Source: Alloascoidea hylecoeti (Eukaryota). From it: a DNA stretch of 64,000 nucleotides. Position 1 is the first letter of the stretch, and every line of letters starts with the position of its first letter. The stretch lies in contig BCKZ01000010.1 in the NCBI GenBank assembly GCA_001600815.1, forward strand, positions 681,506 to 745,505, in the 5' to 3' direction. A program made the translations under genes and the position numbers. Below the pieces are notes generated by a model. It worked only from the letters and a program-made list of their open reading frames with translations, was not told the origin of the DNA and ran no database searches. Below, piece by piece: positions 1 through 11,409 of this stretch.

Positions 1-2009
1 CTATAACTGACCAATTATCATCAACTTTGGCTTTTCCATTAGCTTCAATTGACCCAACTAAGGAAACTGAAATTCCAATAGACATATCAAATACAAAAAC
101 AATAAAAACACCGAAGACAATAGATACACCGGATTCAATAGATACACCGAATACGATAGACACTATAATTACTACTCCAGTAGTTACATCAAATGCAATA
201 GATACTGAAATTACTGCTACTCCAGTGGATACAATTTCTCCAATAGATGCGACTACCCCAACAGATCTAACAACTCCGACGGATCGAATTGGAACAACTA
301 GAATACCTTCAAAAATAACATTATCAATTCCTATAACATCTGCAACTCCTAGTGAATCAGATGAATACATCCATTTGAAAATGTCTCACTCCTCTACCGC
401 TAAACTATTTACTACAGATTCTTCCATAACTTCCAAACCTAACCTTCCAGTAGATCTATCTACAGGTGAAAGTTTCAAATCTATAAATACAGACAGTCCT
501 AAAACCGAATCAGTGGAAACAATCAAATTATCAGGTGTAACCTCAAACCAACCTTCTTTAGATACTAAACGTGTGGGTTCATCGACAGAAATGAATACTG
601 AAATACCAGTACGAAGTGACTTGACAGAACATGAGTCTAATAATCGGTTTAGTGTTATTAGTGATGGAAATATCATTACAACAACAGATATCACTAGACC
701 AAAATTTCCCACTCAATCTAAAGAAGCAGATAAAACTGATGGGTATAGTATCGATAGCTTAGTTACTACCGCTGATACAGGAACCGGTACCACAAGAACT
801 GTACCAATCACAGATCTAAAATCAAACCAAATATTAACCGCTTCAAAATTAATAATGATTACTTCTAATATAATAATTCCAAATCCAACAGAGAAATTGT
901 CTTTGCAAACTAGTATTTTAATAGCTTCAACGGTGGACTCTGATTTACCAGAATCCACCGCGATTCCAAGACGAATTATTCCTTCCGTTGAGAATATCAA
1001 TATTCCACCCAATAGTGCATTAAGTCAGATTGGGTTTGGCTCACAATTAAACTACGAGTTTCTTCTAGAGAATCAATTAGCAGCAGTTCAATTATCATCC
1101 TTTTTACCCCCAGCCATCGCATATGGCTTAAATATTGATACAACAAAGGTCATATTCGCCTGGATTGAACCATCACAAATTCCAAATAAAGCTTATTTGG
1201 TAGCCATAGCAAAATTATATATTCCTAAAGATTCACTTGGTGATTTATCTAAACTGGTAAGAAATAATAGTTCAAGGTTATATAATAATCCAAACCCTAG
1301 TTTTAAGGCATTGCTTTCATATATTGACCTGTCAATTCCTGTTGATCCTTCTATCACTGGTCTAAACACAATAACAAAAAGTACTGTAAATCCATCATCA
1401 CAAAGTACCAACGACCCATTATATAGTAATATCGAAACAGGTTCAATTAAAGCTGCATGGTTAACGTCTGCTACTGCAATTTCTGGTATTGCTTATGTCG
1501 GAATAGTATTTACTCTAGTACGAATGCTTTTTGTATGTACTGGAAAAAGGGTAACACTTGAAAGTTCTACTAGTTCTCTGAATTCAGATCAAAATTTGAG
1601 GGCTACTGTTGAGAACAATTCTTCTTCAAATTATTTTTTGCGTTCGATTGGTCGAGCACCATTCAGATTTTTTGAATATGATAATGAAATATCAAATAAC
1701 CCAACACAACCAGAAATGACGCCCAGATTTAGGGAAGACCATCAAACTCATTCGGCTTCAGTAGTTCAGGATACACTTAACCCTTTTCTACCATATTCAG
1801 CTACTACTCCTGATCTAGATATCATATCTCTGGGGACAGATACTGGTATCGAGACATCTAAAAATGGTACAGTGGTTCCAAAAGAGAAGGAAGAACTTCG
1901 AAAGGGAAAAAAGGTTAGGATTTCCACTAATAGTATATCTTATCCATTGTTGTCTAAAAACACGCTTGGCTGGATGGGACCTACTGACGGTTACAATATT
2001 AATAATTAA
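1..2009 (+). CDS. MSB2: Msb2/Hkr1-family signalling mucin (5' end outside window)
   Basis: Frame is open from the window edge. S/T/P-rich mucin region with TIDTP-like repeats, Hkr1/Msb2-homology block (QIGFGSQLNYEFL...QLSSFLPPAIAYGL), one TM segment, C-terminal ISYPLLSKNTLGW resembling the Msb2 tail. Confidence 0.75.
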   Translation, partial: ITDQLSSTLAFPLASIDPTKETEIPIDISNTKTIKTPKTIDTPDSIDTPNTIDTIITTPVVTSNAIDTEITATPVDTISPIDATTPTDLTTPTDRIGTTRIPSKITLSIPITSATPSESDEYIHLKMSHSSTAKLFTTDSSITSKPNLPVDLSTGESFKSINTDSPKTESVETIKLSGVTSNQPSLDTKRVGSSTEMNTEIPVRSDLTEHESNNRFSVISDGNIITTTDITRPKFPTQSKEADKTDGYSIDSLVTTADTGTGTTRTVPITDLKSNQILTASKLIMITSNIIIPNPTEKLSLQTSILIASTVDSDLPESTAIPRRIIPSVENINIPPNSALSQIGFGSQLNYEFLLENQLAAVQLSSFLPPAIAYGLNIDTTKVIFAWIEPSQIPNKAYLVAIAKLYIPKDSLGDLSKLVRNNSSRLYNNPNPSFKALLSYIDLSIPVDPSITGLNTITKSTVNPSSQSTNDPLYSNIETGSIKAAWLTSATAISGIAYVGIVFTLVRMLFVCTGKRVTLESSTSSLNSDQNLRATVENNSSSNYFLRSIGRAPFRFFEYDNEISNNPTQPEMTPRFREDHQTHSASVVQDTLNPFLPYSATTPDLDIISLGTDTGIETSKNGTVVPKEKEELRKGKKVRISTNSISYPLLSKNTLGWMGPTDGYNINN

Positions 2010-3138
2010 ATATAATTTTATGAATGCGACATTCTATTTTATTGATTAATCATAGGTTGCAATTGTATAGTATAACGGTTTTATTTATAATTAGTTCAAC
2101 ACAAAATCTCAAATATTAAATACAATACCAAATATAAAGTTAACCCATAATAATAAATCTCTACAAGTGCAATCGACACGCTTAATTATATTCGTACCGA
2201 CTATAATATAATGATGATTGACAGATAAATTGAATCCTATACATTACTGCCTAATTGTATTAAACTAGAGAAGTATATTTTATCATACGTTATGAGGTTT
2301 AAATGAAGTGTTAAAGTTGGGGCTAACATCACTAGAATTATTATTCCATCAACTTTCAATTTTTACATAATATTTAGTATAAACCTATATATTTACCCAT
2401 TTATTAAACCTAGTTGGTTGTTACCGAATTACTTAATAAATCCACATCCTTTCCCATTTTTACCATAGTATTTTCGGTTTGAGAATTGGTTAACGTCAAA
2501 AGTGATAATTCAGTGATTACGCTTTTGGGAACTAATTAAAATATTACTGGAAAGTTATTAAGTAATTTTAATACTTCGTACTTCTTTTTTACTATAGTAT
2601 GTAACATAAGACTCATAAGTAGTTTATAAGATATTTGTATTCATGCTCATTTTCCATTTAGTTACAGCGCTGAGAGTTATTAATTCTAATATTCAAAAAT
2701 TAATCAACGACCGATATGGAGTTATTTATTTTAGCGAGTTCATTCCGTAACAAGCAGAAAACATAAGCTTTAAACTCCTGCTGAATTTTTTAAAAATGAA
2801 TTCTATTGACACCCGGGCAATGAATAACTTGTTCCCAGTGGGGGGAATTATTTAGTCTATATTTGATACAAGAATATGTATACTAAAAGTATAATAAGCA
2901 TGTTGTGAATTTATAAAAGGTATATATAGACTCTATCTTAGGTGCTAGAAAGAAAGGTACGATTTCGGTATTGTGCTTTAAATTTGATAAATTTCATAAT
3001 TGGGTCTAGTGAGACGACTATATGTATAAATCAGCTAAATACTTATCAAAAATACACTGCAGCAGCTACAGCTATAGTATATCACCACTGATCAATCTCC
3101 GAACTGTAAAAAAGTCATCTTTTTAAATATACAATATA

Positions 3139-4064
3139 ATGCCCCCAGAATTCCATTAAGCGAGATTTCAGGTGATTCTAATTCTAATAAGCAAGTAAAA
3201 CCATATAAAAGAGTCAACATCTGTGACGTGAGTAAAAATGAATTGGTGAAATAGGCAGAAGGCTTAATGTTGCATTTTAACTGATGCTCACAGTAAAGTA
3301 TCCCAACAACTTTTCTAGCATAACGCCTGAAAGACACTTTCTAAAAGGGTAGTGAATGAAATCCTGAGAAATGTAAAGGTTCCCCCTTTAATATGCTCAA
3401 GGAGCTGGCTTCAATGTTCAACATTAGGACATCAAATACCGCCTAAGAACCTTCTGTAATTACAAAAATATATAATATTTCCATCATGTAATTGATCTTA
3501 TCTGAATAAGAAAAACCAGATGCATAGAATGGTACTACCTAATATAGATTGGAGTGGTCTCATGACTTTTGGGATGGTGTTGAATTTGGTGGCTAATGTT
3601 CGGTAGTACAGTATCCGGATTTAAAAACCTATATGATCAACAACACCCACACCAAGCCTTTGAAACAAAACATGCTCATAGTACAGGGAATTTTTGGTCT
3701 GTAAGTCTTATACTGTGGACTGAAATTTGGAAATGAGGCCGTGTTTCACTGTATAAGGTGGTTGGGGATCTTAATAGCAAAAAACTAAAAAATAGCCACC
3801 GGATGCTCCTACATAGAACTTCTGGAGAAAGCCTTTGGTAAGATTCATGAGGATCTCAAACTATATAGCAGGGTAGCAAACCTATCCATAAAGCAAAAAT
3901 CATGGTGAATTTCGTGGAAAGGAGATAGAGGTGATGGAGTGGCTATTTTTGTGCGGATCTCAACCCTTTGTAGCACATATAGAATCTCTTCATAAAAATT
4001 CATCAGATGTCAGGAATTGCGATTAGAAGCCCTTCATATGTAATAAAGGGGAATAAATATTTAA
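3139..4064 (+). mobile_element. Degenerate Tc1/mariner (DD34E-type) transposase remnant
   Basis: Frameshifted, stop-riddled fragments in the expected order: MP-RIPLSEISG (3139), YIELLEKAF (~3809), *QGSKPIHKAK (3866; QQDNAPxHxSK motif), IEVMEW..DLNPL*HI* (3925-3982; WPxxSPDLNPIEHxW), RLEAL..KG..KY (4020-4064). TIRs not identified. Confidence 0.7.
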
Positions 4065-6656
4065 TGTTTATGTCTCTTTCAAAATATTGATAATTCGTAG
4101 ATCAGGGTATAATCTGATTAACTCCATTTTCTTATGGTGGTAGCCGTTTATGGGATTAAGAGTTCCAACACTAACTATTATACTCAATTTCAATTTATAT
4201 AAACACACTAATATAATCTCTACAATTTATAGATCATTATGTACTATTTTAGGAACAATTTAGGGTGATCCGTGGCTGAATATAATGCTGTCAAAATCGT
4301 TCGGCTTTAGCATTTCCCGAAAATACCTAATGATATTAGGTGGAGAAACTGTAGATATCGGTTGGCGGGATAACACCGATTCCGGAACCGGAACCTGTAG
4401 CAGGCGCAGTTGAAAAAGGACTTCAGCTTTATTTGAAAAATATTTAAAAAGCTTAAGGAGTACGAATTGAAGAATTATGTTATAAAAGATTATTAGTTAT
4501 TTATAACTAATTGGCATTAAGTATTTCAAAGACTTAAAATAGGCTTATAAGTCACTTTAAAGTGATCGCAATTAGTTTATTAATAGAGTTGTAGATATAG
4601 CGCTATAGGATATAACTTATAGGATATTATTTAGCTAGGGCTCTATAAGCTTGTATATAGGCCTATAAACCTAATTGTAACCAGAATATCAAATTTATGC
4701 AATGAAATACACAATGTATTACAATGACTGCACAGCACCAAAAATACTTGCAATATTAATGTTCCACATTTTGCCTTCTTTCAACCTGTCTTAAATAGTT
4801 ATATAAGTACCCTTACTAGCAGTCTCAAATCTTCTTAGCTAAAACTTTATTCTCCTTAGCTAAAACTTTGTTCTTATTCTTTTCTTCTAGTCTCTCCTTT
4901 CTCGATTCATAGTCATTCTTTTATCTCTTCTATTGCTATCGCTATTATTTCAAAATATTTTAACTGCTGGGCCGTTAAAAACAATATCAAATTAAAATGT
5001 CTGTAAACATGTACAAATATAGATATAGGCATACTACTGACGCTAAAACAAAGATCATACCATTCATAAATATCAATAGTCATCATATTAAGAGTTCCAA
5101 AGTTCTATCGGTAACTCTTTCAGATGATAATAAATCTTCCTTCTCATCTGAAATAGAAGCTCACACTTTGCTGCCATTCTTAAAGATCGAAAATTATTGT
5201 CTTCAAAAATATCAGTTTTCTAAAGAGAGCCATTTATATTCGACTAAATCTTCTCTTTTGAATTTGAATATTCGATCCAGACGACCATATGCATTGATTA
5301 ATTCTTTCTTGGTTAAAGGGACTGTTATCAACAAATTTAAAAATTATGATCAATTGCTGAGAAGTAAAATTAATATTATGACACCGATATTAGTTCTCAT
5401 AGTCTTAACAACAGGATCTTTCGCTCTCTTACAATTGGGCTCTTATTATCTTATTTCTAGGCTTCAGTTATTAATGATACTAACAATTTATAACTGCCTA
5501 CTACCTATATAAAGGCAGAGATAAAATCAAATATTGAGGGTTAGCTTCTATTCTTCTTGAACTCACAATTGCAATAATTTGAGTTACTATATTTTTATTG
5601 GTTGATTACTATTTTAAATTTATATTCTTGCCTAAATATGCATATGAATATAACGATGCAATATTTTATCTTGCAATTGGCTTTAAACTTAGTTATCAAA
5701 CTCTATGTTATATGTAATATCTTATATTGGAGAGTTTTGCAATGAATTTATATTATTTCATCTAAAAATCAGGATTTTTAAATTCAAATATAAGTTATAA
5801 TAAATTCATCATTTTGAACCTTTCATATAAATTTACCACCGATAGAGAATTAACTTGCAAATAGCTATAGGTTATATACCATATGGTATATTCTTTTATT
5901 CTTTCACTGGCTATAATAAACTCTTTCTTTTTTAGCTCAATAAAGTGCATTGTACTGGTGACATATAATTTATATGGGGAAATTGTGCATATCTTCTTTT
6001 TGTCTATTTTCATATTTTACTTCTGTTTGTATTCTATATTGTCTTGAATGTCTTCCAATGACCAGGTAGTAGATATTTTACTTAGATAATTCTACTCCCG
6101 ATCCCTATAGACCTCCATTATACGAGTAGTTCGTGATTAGGTGGTGTTCACACATTATATTCTCAATTCTAACGTTAACGCCTTCACCATGAATTGAAAA
6201 GTTCTTTAAATTGAGGTCTCGGAAATCACTCCCAGAGTATAAAACCTCTTCTTCTTAATTTTTCTTTAACTATATATTCTGTTTTTCTTGTACTTATTTT
6301 TCTTTTTATCTTACCACCGTGTTTTTTTTTATACTTTTTCCGTTTGTGTTTATTATTAAATTCTTTATTCCGATAACTTGGTTTTCTAGTATTTTTTCAA
6401 TATAGTAATATTTTATAAATTTTGTTACATTCTTCAAAAATATGATAATCATTTAGGCAAAGACTACATGTACAAATATCTGTTTTGTGCCACCATTATT
6501 GCATTTTAATTTATATTAAAAATATGAGTTACGTTTCCTAAGCTGAAAAGGTGAAACCATTATGTTTCTTTTTTTTTTTTTTTTTTTAAGTTTTTATTCT
6601 TATATGAGCAGATAATCTAATTGAACCTGAATTGATATCGAAGGGCCAGAAAACAG

Positions 6657-6750
6657 GCCCGCGTAGCCTAATGGTTAGGGCGTCAGACTTCTATTAAAGT
6701 TTCTTTAGATTGCAATCTGAAGATTGTGGGTTCGACTCCCACCGTGGGTG
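6657..6750 (+). tRNA. tRNA-Arg(UCU) with 21-nt intron (6694-6714)
   Basis: Acceptor stem GCCCGCG/CGTGGGT, A box TAGCCTAATGG, anticodon stem TCAGA/TCTGA with TCT at 6690-6692, intron one base after the anticodon, B box GGTTCGACTCC, T-run Pol III terminator from 6751. Mature length 73 nt. Confidence 0.95.
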
Positions 6751-7668
6751 TTTTTTTCCGTCTTTGTGATTTGGAGAATTGTTTGGATTTCGGCGGCAGC
6801 CTTATAAGAGTTCATAGTGATATTAATTTGGAAAATTTGAACAACAAGGAGATAATTATGAATATAGTGAAGAGAGAGAAAAATAGATTATTTTTAAAAT
6901 AAATACAAGATAATTTCTAAAATACGAATTTGTTCATTATCAGATATGATACAGATATAAATAAAGAAACTAATTACAACTATAAATTTAGCTAGTTTAT
7001 AATAAAATAATATTAAGTAAAAAACAATTTTGTGCAGCGGTTGAATTTCTTATCTCAAATCGAAAAAAAACTGAGATTGTGGTATGATATCTAAAGTTTA
7101 TAGCTAACATATAATAATATTCTTTCCACAAAACAATTCAGTGAAGCTTAAGCAGATATAAAAGGTTTGGATATAATCAATAATGTAGCTCTAGGTCTAC
7201 ACTCAAGCCACTAAGTAGCATGGGAAAATACTAAATGATTTACTCGGTCCAAACAATAATCGTCAGCCTTGGAATTCAATTAATGGATGCTATCAAAAGC
7301 CTTTTGTTATCTGGAGAAGAATTTCGAATATTTCAAATCAATTAGTTTTCCGGGACGTAATAATTCGTGGTAAATATTACGATTCAAATCGAATCATTTC
7401 TCACACTACTTTGAAAGTGGGAAGATTCAGCCAATTATAATTAAATAGTTTTCTAGTTCAGAAAAGAAAAGATCATGATTCGATTAGAATGTTAAGTTAG
7501 CAATACAGTTATAACTCATACTCTACAGCTAAGTATATAGTTTAAGAAGATGGAAAAAGAGTAGGTGGGGAAATTTGTAAAAGGCAACTTAATTCTACAA
7601 TTTCATTGTCAGTCGTGGCATAACTTCATGCTATGGATTTTCCACTATGGGTAAGGTTATGCCAAATT

Positions 7669-7686
7669 GCGGGGAAATCTGATCCG
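7669..7686 (+). promoter_or_regulatory. Overlapping Mig1/CreA-type GCGGGG box and CGG-N11-CCG zinc-cluster-type site
   Basis: GCGGGG at 7669-7674; CGG-ggaaatctgat-CCG at 7670-7686; about 130 bp upstream of the enoyl-CoA hydratase ATG and upstream of a TATAA. Confidence 0.35.
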
Positions 7687-7814
7687 GTTACAAAGCATCT
7701 ATTGGAGGAGAAGCAAAATCAATTATTTGTATATAAGCATCAAGTAAATCCAGATGATGCTTTCTCTTTAATTTACATGCCATAATCGGATTTTCACTAA
7801 TATATTTCATTAAA

Positions 7815-8603
7815 ATGCCATCTTTCCCCTTCGATTCAAAAGACTTGAAAGTTTCTAAACCTGAAACTGGTGTCCTGCTTATTGAGTTAAACAGACCAAA
7901 AGTATATAACGCCATATCTTTTTCCTTGATTGAAAAATTCAATGCTACTCTTGAAATGGTACGTTATGATCCTGACATAAATGTGGTAGTGGTAACAGGA
8001 AATGAACGTGCTTTTGCAGCTGGTGCGGATATCAGAGAGCTGCAAGTTACTGTTGATGATCGTACTAGAAAAGAGCATATGAGATCATGGAGTAAAATTA
8101 AAGATTTTCCAAAGCCTTTAATTGCAGCAGTAAATGGGTATGCGTTGGGTGGTGGTTGCGAATTGGCGATGAGTTGTGATATAATTTATGCTGGAGAGAA
8201 AGCGATTTTTGGGCTCCCGGAAATATTACTTGGAATTATACCTGGGGCTGGCGGTACACAAAGATTGATTAAAACAATTGGTAAATCAAGAACAATGGAG
8301 CATATCTTAACTGGTCGTAGATTTAACGCAGAGCAAGCAAAAAGTTGGGGATTAGTTTCAAATGTATATCCTGTTGATCAAGTAGTTAATGAAGCTGTTA
8401 AATTGGCCATAGAAATAGCTTCGCGCAGTGGGACTAGTGTTCGACTAGCCAAACAATGTATTAATAAGGCAAATGAAGTTTCCTTATCTGATGGTTTGGA
8501 TTATGAAAGAAGTTGTTTCTACTCTTTGTTTGGTGCTGGTGACGAAAGTGAAGGATTAGCTGCTTTTATTGAAAAAAGAAAGCCAAGTTTTACAAAGCTG
8601 TAG
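7815..8603 (+). CDS. Enoyl-CoA hydratase (crotonase superfamily), possibly peroxisomal
   Basis: LNRPK..NA, AFAAGADI, KPLIAAVNGYALGGGCELAM, FGLPEILLGIIPGAGGTQRL. No obvious mitochondrial presequence; ends in PTS1-like TKL. Confidence 0.93.
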   Translation: MPSFPFDSKDLKVSKPETGVLLIELNRPKVYNAISFSLIEKFNATLEMVRYDPDINVVVVTGNERAFAAGADIRELQVTVDDRTRKEHMRSWSKIKDFPKPLIAAVNGYALGGGCELAMSCDIIYAGEKAIFGLPEILLGIIPGAGGTQRLIKTIGKSRTMEHILTGRRFNAEQAKSWGLVSNVYPVDQVVNEAVKLAIEIASRSGTSVRLAKQCINKANEVSLSDGLDYERSCFYSLFGAGDESEGLAAFIEKRKPSFTKL

Positions 8604-9042
8604 CAGTATTTAAATTATCATGATATTCTACATAATGCCATAATTAATATGAAATAATCCGTGACTATTGATTATTGTTAATATTGGATGATACGGACAC
8701 TCTTTTAAGTTCCTTATAATTTGACAGTAAATATAAATTCACTACATGTTAGCTTACTACCATCATATCAATACTTACTGCCAAATAACTAAAAATTTCA
8801 TTCCTTGTAAGGGAGGTGAGTAATGCGTATGGCATCAAGAAATTGTGCGATTGTGACTTATATATTTTGGGTGGATAGTTGTTTCATATTGAAATTTCAA
8901 TATAGGATTTAGCTCCTCCTTTTCGATATCTTAGAATATTACGATATTAAAACTCATATTATCGAAATAAAACATTTATAGCTCAAAAAGTTCACCAGAA
9001 AAATACAACCGATTAATAATATAAGAAATATCCATTGATAAA

Positions 9043-10653
9043 ATGGTCCCAGTGCATTTGCAAGAGATTGATCCAAATAATGTTAATTCACGCCATCAGG
9101 TGTCTCGAGCTAATGGATTTCTACACGCTAGATCCAATAGAATAATAGATCGTCATCCTCGAGATTCAGGTAGGTTTAATGATTTGCGTATAACCAGGCG
9201 CTACATTATACCTGTGAATCACCAACGACGTGAACTTGGTGAACAATACCCACGAAACTACGATTTTGAAACGGCACCTGGGACTAATCATACTCGATTA
9301 ATTGGAATTCATAATGATTTAGAATCAGAAGTGAATGGAAATAATGGCTCTTCAACTTCAACTTCAGCCGCTACAGTAAATGGTATGTTAAATGATAATA
9401 CAAATCCTTTAAATTCGGAACAAACTATCTCAACCCTAATTAATCAATTTGAGGAAGATGACAGTGAAAGCAAGGATACTACCAGTGATAGCTCCGCTGA
9501 TATTATTAGAGATAGCGATAACTTCAGTGATTTTGACAGCTCCAGTGATCTTGATGATGATAGCTCTAGTGATCTTGATAGCGATAGCTCTAGTGATACT
9601 AATGAAGAAACGAATTTCCGGGAAGCCTCACAATTCCAAGATGTATCTATCACCAATACGCTTGATCAATTTCTTGTTCAACAAGAATTACGAAAAGAGA
9701 AATATACAGATACTAAATATTGTTCATTCCTTACCCCTGGTATCAATTATGATTTAAAGAAAGAGATTAATTCATTTGTATTTAGTAATATAGTAGATGA
9801 TTATAAATCCCCCGAATTATCTTTCACTTTCCATAATGTTGATCAAGAAAAGAATAAAATTTGGGGCCAAGGATCATGTTCAAAATCATTTTTATTAAAG
9901 AGTTTCCCAACTCCTCAATTTGAATATGGTTCTGTGATCATTAAACAACGAAGAAGTTTAGGTGCTGATTTTCTTTCTACTTGTAATGAAGTTACATTTG
10001 ATTTGGAAGGTACAATTATTGATTTTTGTGAGAATGATTTAAGATGGGTTAGTAAACAAACATTTATGGATTTTAATAATCCAAGAACAGGATTACAAGA
10101 TTTAATGGAGCAAAGAAGAAGAGATAGATTAATTTTTGCAACAATGGTAGCGGGTCATATTGCTCCTCGAGATCTTCCACAAAAACCATATGATGGAAAA
10201 ATCTTTGAAGCTGATTGTATTTTATCACAAATTAAACTATGGCAAAATTTAGAGCCATTTAGTAAAGTTAAAAATATTGATGCTTTATTAGATTTAATCA
10301 CTACTCCTAAGGAAATTGAGAAAATTTTATCGAATTATATTTTGATTAAATTTGAAATTTCAGATGTTGGCTCAGATTCAAATAAACAAATGAGAGGTGA
10401 TGAAGAAAAATGTATCCAAGATTCAATTATTTTACTTTCAATTAGAAGATCAGATGGTCATGCATCTTTATCAATTGTTCACAGAACTTCGATTATAAAC
10501 ATAATAACTTTAACGGGATATGATCAAGGGGGTCTCGAATGGGATGTTGTAAATAATCTTGATAGTAATTATGATTCATATTCAAAACCAGTTTTTACGG
10601 TGGTTCCTTGTAATGGATCATCATATTGGCATAAAAGTATAGAGATGCGATAA
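9043..10653 (+). CDS. Divergent Vid24/Gid4-like (GID complex substrate receptor-like) protein
   Basis: Disordered acidic N-half with 24-bp SSSDLDxD repeats. C-half motifs (SFLTPG, VD..K..I.G, LEGTIIDF..NDL, W..LEPF, YILIKF) resemble the Vac_ImportDeg domain. Confidence 0.5.
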   Translation: MVPVHLQEIDPNNVNSRHQVSRANGFLHARSNRIIDRHPRDSGRFNDLRITRRYIIPVNHQRRELGEQYPRNYDFETAPGTNHTRLIGIHNDLESEVNGNNGSSTSTSAATVNGMLNDNTNPLNSEQTISTLINQFEEDDSESKDTTSDSSADIIRDSDNFSDFDSSSDLDDDSSSDLDSDSSSDTNEETNFREASQFQDVSITNTLDQFLVQQELRKEKYTDTKYCSFLTPGINYDLKKEINSFVFSNIVDDYKSPELSFTFHNVDQEKNKIWGQGSCSKSFLLKSFPTPQFEYGSVIIKQRRSLGADFLSTCNEVTFDLEGTIIDFCENDLRWVSKQTFMDFNNPRTGLQDLMEQRRRDRLIFATMVAGHIAPRDLPQKPYDGKIFEADCILSQIKLWQNLEPFSKVKNIDALLDLITTPKEIEKILSNYILIKFEISDVGSDSNKQMRGDEEKCIQDSIILLSIRRSDGHASLSIVHRTSIINIITLTGYDQGGLEWDVVNNLDSNYDSYSKPVFTVVPCNGSSYWHKSIEMR

Positions 10654-10705
10654 TAATAGATATATCATATATATATAATAACTATGTATTAGAATTAAAA
10701 TTTCG

Positions 10706-10956
10706 TGTTACATTAGTTCATTCATTAAGTTTATATTTGGGCCTATCCATAGTATATCTAGTATATCAGATCTTGCAACTGGGAGATTTAGCGCAACTAT
10801 CACCAAGGGTGGTCAGACTATGAACTCCGAAAGGAATAAGGAGAAGAGAAATTATGAACACTAACACGAACAAAATAGGAATAGGGTCATATAAAGGAAA
10901 CCAAGCGTAGAAACTAGTACTCCTAGTTCTTACTTAAATGTTTTAAGGTTATAACA
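10706..10956. mobile_element. Probable solo LTR (251 bp)
   Basis: TGTTA...TAACA inverted termini, near-identical 5-bp flanks (TTTCG 10701-10705, TTTTG 10957-10961), internal TATAAA; lies between convergent genes. Confidence 0.55.
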
Positions 10957-11409
10957 TTTTGGGAGTGATGGTTAGATATACATATTTAATTTATTTGAAT
11001 ACTTAGTTAATCACTTTATTTAGTGGATCGTAATCTCTAGTAGGACTCTATCCCAATATTGGCAACCCTAAATTCCTTGTGCATTAATTATACTCTTTAA
11101 ATTTTCTTGAAGTAAAACTTGCACAAAATTCAATATAAATGGTATGAAACATTATAGAATTGGTGGAAAACATAGTACATGTTATAATTTTTTCAAGAAG
11201 AGACGTTGGGTTCTTTGATTGGATCATAACTTTCAAACATTACATTAATTAACCATTTACTCATGTTCACCTTCAATTATAAATATTTATTATTTCATAT
11301 ATAAATTATACTCTTCAAATTCAAAACTACGCAATTATATGTAAATATATCCTTCATATACACTCTCCAAAATCCTTAATATAACGTATAGTCCCAGCCC
11401 AGTAATAGA

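Noticed and set aside
4834..4875. 21-bp tandem duplication CTTAGCTAAAACTTT..
   Set aside because: Only two units and no spacer architecture; ordinary slippage, not CRISPR-like.
4997..5512. 171-aa ORF
   Set aside because: No recognisable motif and AT-rich, in a TE-debris region. Cannot be supported as a gene, though not excluded.
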